In this document: piece by piece, positions 62,355 through 64,000 of the stretch
Layout: each line of letters begins with the position of its first letter
Numbering within the stretch: the stretch's first letter is position 1
Source: Enterobacter phage EC-F2
DNA: 64,000 bases
Sequence record: MN508624.2
Reading direction: 5' to 3' (one strand)
Notes under the pieces: model-generated
Databases searched by the model: none
The model's input: the letters and a program-made list of their open reading frames with translations, nothing else
Told to the model about the DNA's origin: nothing
Position numbers and translations under genes: made by a program

Positions 62355-64000
62355 ATGAGTGATATTAAAACAGTAGTGAAGTCTTCTGGCGTAAGTCAAA
62401 CGTTCGAAAAAGAAAAACTGTTCAAAGTCCTTAATTGGGCAAGTATTGGAAGAAATATTGATGTTAACGCATTCCTTGAAAGTGTCGTTGACCTGCTTCG
62501 TGATGGTATGACTACCAAACAGATCCAGGCTGTAGCGATCAAGTATGCAGCGGATCGAATCTCCGCAAAAGAACCTGACTGGCAGTATGTAGCGGCTAAC
62601 CTCGAAATGTTCGCCCTTCGTAAAACCGTTTACGGGCAGTTTGACCCGATTCCGTTCTACGAACACATCACTAAGCTGGTTGAGGCTGGAAAATACGATA
62701 AAGAAATCCTGACAAAATGGACTCCAGCGGAGATTGATTATCTGGAATCGAAAATCAATCACGATAAAGATTTTGAATTTTCGTATGCTGGCGTTCAGCA
62801 GTTGATCGGGAAATATCTGTTGCAGGATCGCACGTCCGGCGACATCTACGAAACACCACAGTATGCATTCATGCTGATCGCGATGTGTCTGCATCAGGAC
62901 GAAAAACACGCTGATAAAATCAGTCATGTTGTTGACTTCTATAACGCGATTTCGGATCGTAAACTGTCATTACCTACGCCTATTATGGCGGGTGTGCGTA
63001 CTCCTACGCGTCAGTTCTCCAGTTGTGTTGTAATCGAATCGGGTGATTCTCTGGGTTCTCTGAACGCTGTTACGTCCGCGATCGTGAAGTATATCTCCCA
63101 ACGTGCGGGTATCGGTGTCAACGCCGGACATATTCGCGCTATGGGTTCAAAAATCCGTGGTGGTGAAGCAGTACATACAGGCGTTATCCCGTTCTGGAAA
63201 CACATTCAGACGGCGGTTAAATCCTGTTCCCAGGGCGGTGTTCGTGGTGGTGCAGCAACCCTGTATTATCCGATCTGGCATCTTGAAGTTGAAAACCTGC
63301 TGGTTCTGAAAAATAACCGTGGCGTTGAAGAAAACCGTATTCGTCACCTGGATTATGGTGTACAGCTTAACGATTTGATGTATAAGCGTTTAATCAATAA
63401 CGATTACATCACTCTGTTCAGCCCTGACGTTGCAAACGATCGCCTGTATGACGCGTTCTATCAAGCGGATCAGACTGAGTTTGAAGAACTGTATACCAGT
63501 CTTGAAAAAGACCCAACGGTACGCAAGAAACGCATCAAAGCGGTAGATCTGTTCCAGTTGCTTGTTCAGGAACGCGCACAGACCGGACGCAACTACATTT
63601 TCAACAGTCATCACGTAAACCAGCAGGGTAGTTTCTCTGTTCCGGTTCGTATGTCGAACCTGTGCTGTGAAATCGCGATCCCAACTTCACCGCTGGATGA
63701 CGATGATAAACTGGCTGGCGAAATTGGACTGTGTACGCTTATGGCGATCGTTCTCGATAATGCCGATATAAGCGAATTCCCAGCCCTTACACGCATCGCA
63801 GTACGCGCACTGGATAACTTGCTTGATTACCAGAACTACCCTGTTGCAGCGGCTCTGAAAGCCAAACAGCGTCGTTCTCTGGGTGTTGGTATTACCAACT
63901 ATGCATCATGGCTGGCAAGCAACTATTGCGACTACTCCGAAGCATATGCCGGAAACGTTCATGAGTTGATGGAAGCGTTTCAATTTAACCTGCTGGTTGC
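62355..64000 (+). CDS. nrdA: ribonucleoside-diphosphate reductase alpha subunit (class Ia), 5' partial to window end
   Basis: Open frame from ATG 62355 (RBS aaggtaag) to window end; ATP-cone N-terminus, PTPIMAGVRTP, NLCCEI catalytic motifs. Confidence 0.9.
   Translation, partial: MSDIKTVVKSSGVSQTFEKEKLFKVLNWASIGRNIDVNAFLESVVDLLRDGMTTKQIQAVAIKYAADRISAKEPDWQYVAANLEMFALRKTVYGQFDPIPFYEHITKLVEAGKYDKEILTKWTPAEIDYLESKINHDKDFEFSYAGVQQLIGKYLLQDRTSGDIYETPQYAFMLIAMCLHQDEKHADKISHVVDFYNAISDRKLSLPTPIMAGVRTPTRQFSSCVVIESGDSLGSLNAVTSAIVKYISQRAGIGVNAGHIRAMGSKIRGGEAVHTGVIPFWKHIQTAVKSCSQGGVRGGAATLYYPIWHLEVENLLVLKNNRGVEENRIRHLDYGVQLNDLMYKRLINNDYITLFSPDVANDRLYDAFYQADQTEFEELYTSLEKDPTVRKKRIKAVDLFQLLVQERAQTGRNYIFNSHHVNQQGSFSVPVRMSNLCCEIAIPTSPLDDDDKLAGEIGLCTLMAIVLDNADISEFPALTRIAVRALDNLLDYQNYPVAAALKAKQRRSLGVGITNYASWLASNYCDYSEAYAGNVHELMEAFQFNLLV

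Noticed and set aside
62301-62927. 208-aa minus-strand ORF
   Set aside because: Antisense to nrdA, whose frame carries all RNR catalytic motifs.

Overview
This window is a segment of a T4-like (Tevenvirinae-type, Straboviridae) myovirus genome. It is read by eye against remembered T4 protein sequences.

Gene order differs from T4 in places. Positions 1-7.4 kb carry plus-strand early or middle genes: NrdG, a glutaredoxin-like redoxin, a PspA-like coiled-coil protein, a Walker-type ATPase and several unknowns. Positions 7.4-18.7 kb hold the late long-tail-fibre module: gp34, a gp35-like hinge, two paralogous distal fibre proteins with C-terminal S74 intramolecular-chaperone domains, a T2-type gp38 adhesin and holin t. 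Several of these are preceded by TATAAATA late promoters and G4-stem terminators.

Positions 18.7-53.7 kb are a long minus-strand early region. It contains Ndd, rIIB, rIIA, an SprT-like protease, topoisomerase II gp52 and a fused gp39/60, DenV, DexA, Dda, the dCTPase gp56, primase gp61, an orphan N6-type methyltransferase, helicase gp41, UvsX, DNA polymerase gp43, RegA, the clamp loader gp62/gp44, the clamp gp45, gp32, gp59, gp33, DsbA and RNase H. Many small unknown or membrane ORFs are interspersed.

A divergent intergenic region at about 53.7-53.97 kb has two strong sigma70-type promoters flanking nested inverted repeats around an AT-rich core; this is a candidate origin or regulatory node. 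Positions 53.98-64 kb run plus-strand: gp55, gp47, gp46, a J-domain protein, and then frd, td (no intron) and a partial nrdA.

Other notable features:
- A four-copy family of terminator plus extended -10 cassettes.
- A conserved initial-transcribed motif, ATCGAAACGAAAC, downstream of several early promoters.
- No CRISPR arrays, tRNAs or obvious mobile elements were recognised.
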